From Scyliorhinus canicula (taxonomy: Eukaryota): a stretch of 64,000 bases of DNA. The stretch lies in assembly GCF_902713615.1 (NCBI RefSeq), contig NC_052157.1, positions 155,668,671 to 155,732,670 of the forward strand. The letters run 5' to 3'. A program made the position numbers and the translations under genes. Shown here one piece after another: positions 61,702 to 64,000 of the stretch. Numbering within the stretch: position 1 is the first letter of the stretch; every line of letters begins with the position of its first letter. The notes below the pieces were generated by a model. The model did no database searches. It saw only the letters and a program-made list of their open reading frames with translations, and was not told the DNA's origin.

Positions 61702-64000
61702 GTAATGATTTATTTCCTTTTTAAGAGTAGCTTGCGACAGCTTGACATCACTAGCTTATTCCTCAAATATGCAGGATTTTGCAGACGCGGCCAGTGAACA
61801 GCACCACCCGTTCATCACACTTGTATTTGCTCGGTGACCTGCGGACTTGTGCATTCAAACCTACTCTTGGATGCCATTTGGCAAAGCATCTTCTGCAAGG
61901 GATCTGGGATCAGTGTGAACAGGGAAAGCAATTTGTCTAAAGAATCCCGAGGCGTGCAGAATCTAAAGCAGGAAGGTTAAATTAGAATATTTAATGTGAA
62001 ACCATGTGCAGAAAACAAAGTAGAGTGAAAGATTGATGAAGAGTAAAGAGACAAAGCAAAAGTGAAAAAATATTTTTGAAATACCAGTATTAAAATTTGA
62101 TGAATGAGACTTATGATCGTCGACCACCCCCAAGTCTTTGGGATCCAGTTAGGAACCAGTAACTTTGTTTAAAGCAGATGATGTTTGAGATCCAAGGTAG
62201 TTGCTAAGTAAAAAAAAAAGCCACAAGATTCCACTTTTTTTAAATCCGAAAATAAACTTTGGTATACAAGGTCAGAAAGATAAAACAATTTATAATATTG
62301 ATCTTGCACTTTGCTTCCAAGATTAATGAGGTAACTGTAAATTAGCAGACAAACTAGTCGAACATCCTACACTGCACAATAAATGGCAGATGTGACCGAT
62401 CCCATGATTTCTCAGCAACCCACTTGGTATTCGTAGACCTTGAGTCAACTAATCTCACTGAAACTCTGTTTTCCGTATGAAATTTCAAGTCTTCACGCTT
62501 CCCTTTTAAAAACGTGGCCTCTGAATTCCCTCCAGAAGTCGCTCCAACTCGGACTGCCTCAGTGACTGCCCACACTTTCCATGGTTTAATCTTGTTTCCT
62601 GCGACTACATTCCACTGGATTTCCAAATCTGCATTCCAGCACCAACTTGCAGGCACACCTTCAGTTCTTCAGCCATGCTGAGCAGAGCACCACTGTTACA
62701 CAGTTACTTTTGTTCCTTACTTTTGCTCCAACAGCCTGCAGCATGGAGTCGCCAGCTTTCAGCTGCTATTTCAGCTTATCAGGGCTTCTCCGAGTACTCA
62801 CTGTCTCTGTTGCTTGGAGCCTCTTTGCTCTTCTTGCCGATCGTCTGCTGCTCCTGGTTGCTGCTTCCCTGGTGTGTTCACTTTCTCCCTGGAGTGGGAT
62901 TGCTCTGTTTGGTATCCCACTCCTGGGTCCTTTGACTGAGTTTTTGCACTTCCTTCCCACATAGGCACATTGGGCACTTGTCCCTGGCCCAAAGAACTCT
63001 AAAACGTTGGATTGCATGTGCGCCATCCGCTCTTTAATCTGTGTCTGTGTGGAAACGCGCAGGGAATGCTGGAACTTGTAGTTTCTGGTCTCTGCTCAAT
63101 GGGGTCTCTGCTCAATGGGGTATGTCGGGACTCTTAATGGGCTCCGCATTTTGTGACAGCGCTGAAGAAGTGTGGCGTTAATTAAGATGCATCGCACTGT
63201 TTAACAAATAACTTTAACTGGAATGGGCAAGCCTTGACTCTCTTTATTTTCTGGTGCATTTCTGTCGTGCTCTATCACACGTTCTAATGCGGAGAGATGC
63301 AGTTGTAGCAAAACTTGAGGAATAGGGGAAATTGGACAGCAACTTCAGATTTCTGAGTTGAACTGAGCACGTGATTGTCGGAAGTTGCTGACTGATTTAC
63401 AATTTATTTTTTTTACTGCTAAATCTGGGCCAACTTGTCAAAATAATGATTTAATTTTAATCGTTTTTGGACATTGTGATTGAGGCAGGGGTATGAACTG
63501 ACTCCAGTCCCATTTATTAAGATCATATGTATGTAGCAATAATTATGAGAGGTAATGGTGAAAATACTGCTGTAGGCCTAGTCACACCCATTTGACTGGC
63601 TCAAAAATCAGACTTGTTTTAGTGATTAAACATAATTGAAGATGTTTGCTCCACCGTGATTATTTCTGAAAAGGTTTAAGCTTAGTTTTGTCATCAAAGC
63701 ATAAATTGAAATGAGAAACTGAACCTTGAGCATCAAAGTTTGAGCTTAATATTTCAGGAGCTAGCCTGAAGAGTTTGTGCAAAAGCTGGTTAATTCTAGA
63801 CTACAGTTGAGTAAGGAGAGAATATAAACGTGACCCATAGGTGGTTTTCCATTAACTGTCGTGCTCCATTGAGAGATGCCACTGTCTGATCTGATGTAAC
63901 TCGATTATTGTTCTTGTTCCACTATTTTTAAATCTACAATAGTTGGATTATATTTTGATGCATTTAAATGGCATTTCCAATTCCTCTCCTGTCTCAATCC

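Noticed and set aside
63960-64000. Next TRIM37 exon
   Set aside because: A pyrimidine-rich end may precede an acceptor, but no AG or coding sequence lies within the window.

Overview
Vertebrate (cartilaginous fish, most likely a catshark such as Scyliorhinus, judged from its SINE/LINE repertoire) genomic DNA, not prokaryotic. The right half holds the 5' part of TRIM37 on the + strand: a CpG-island promoter (~32.9-33.6 kb), a probable non-coding first exon, and ten GT-AG coding exons (42571-61701) encoding the RING, B-box, coiled-coil and start of the MATH domain. The gene continues past the window end. The rest is mostly transposable-element derived: a near-full-length CR1 LINE inside a multi-level nest, a two-LTR Gypsy element in a TRIM37 intron, solo LTRs, hAT and Harbinger-like MITEs, Penelope fold-backs, Rex/L1/L2 fragments, many SINEs and a 3.9-kb 32-bp satellite. 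The most unusual items are three. (1) The Gypsy element has no tRNA primer-binding site; the sequence at that position is instead complementary to the LTR's own poly(A)-signal region, and its RT motif reads YLDN. (2) An apparently intact minimal hammerhead ribozyme lies in a Penelope fold-back about 1 kb upstream of the TRIM37 promoter. (3) The satellite appears to have expanded from a Deu-domain SINE segment. Repeat family names come from recognition of motifs, not database searches, and many repeat boundaries are approximate.
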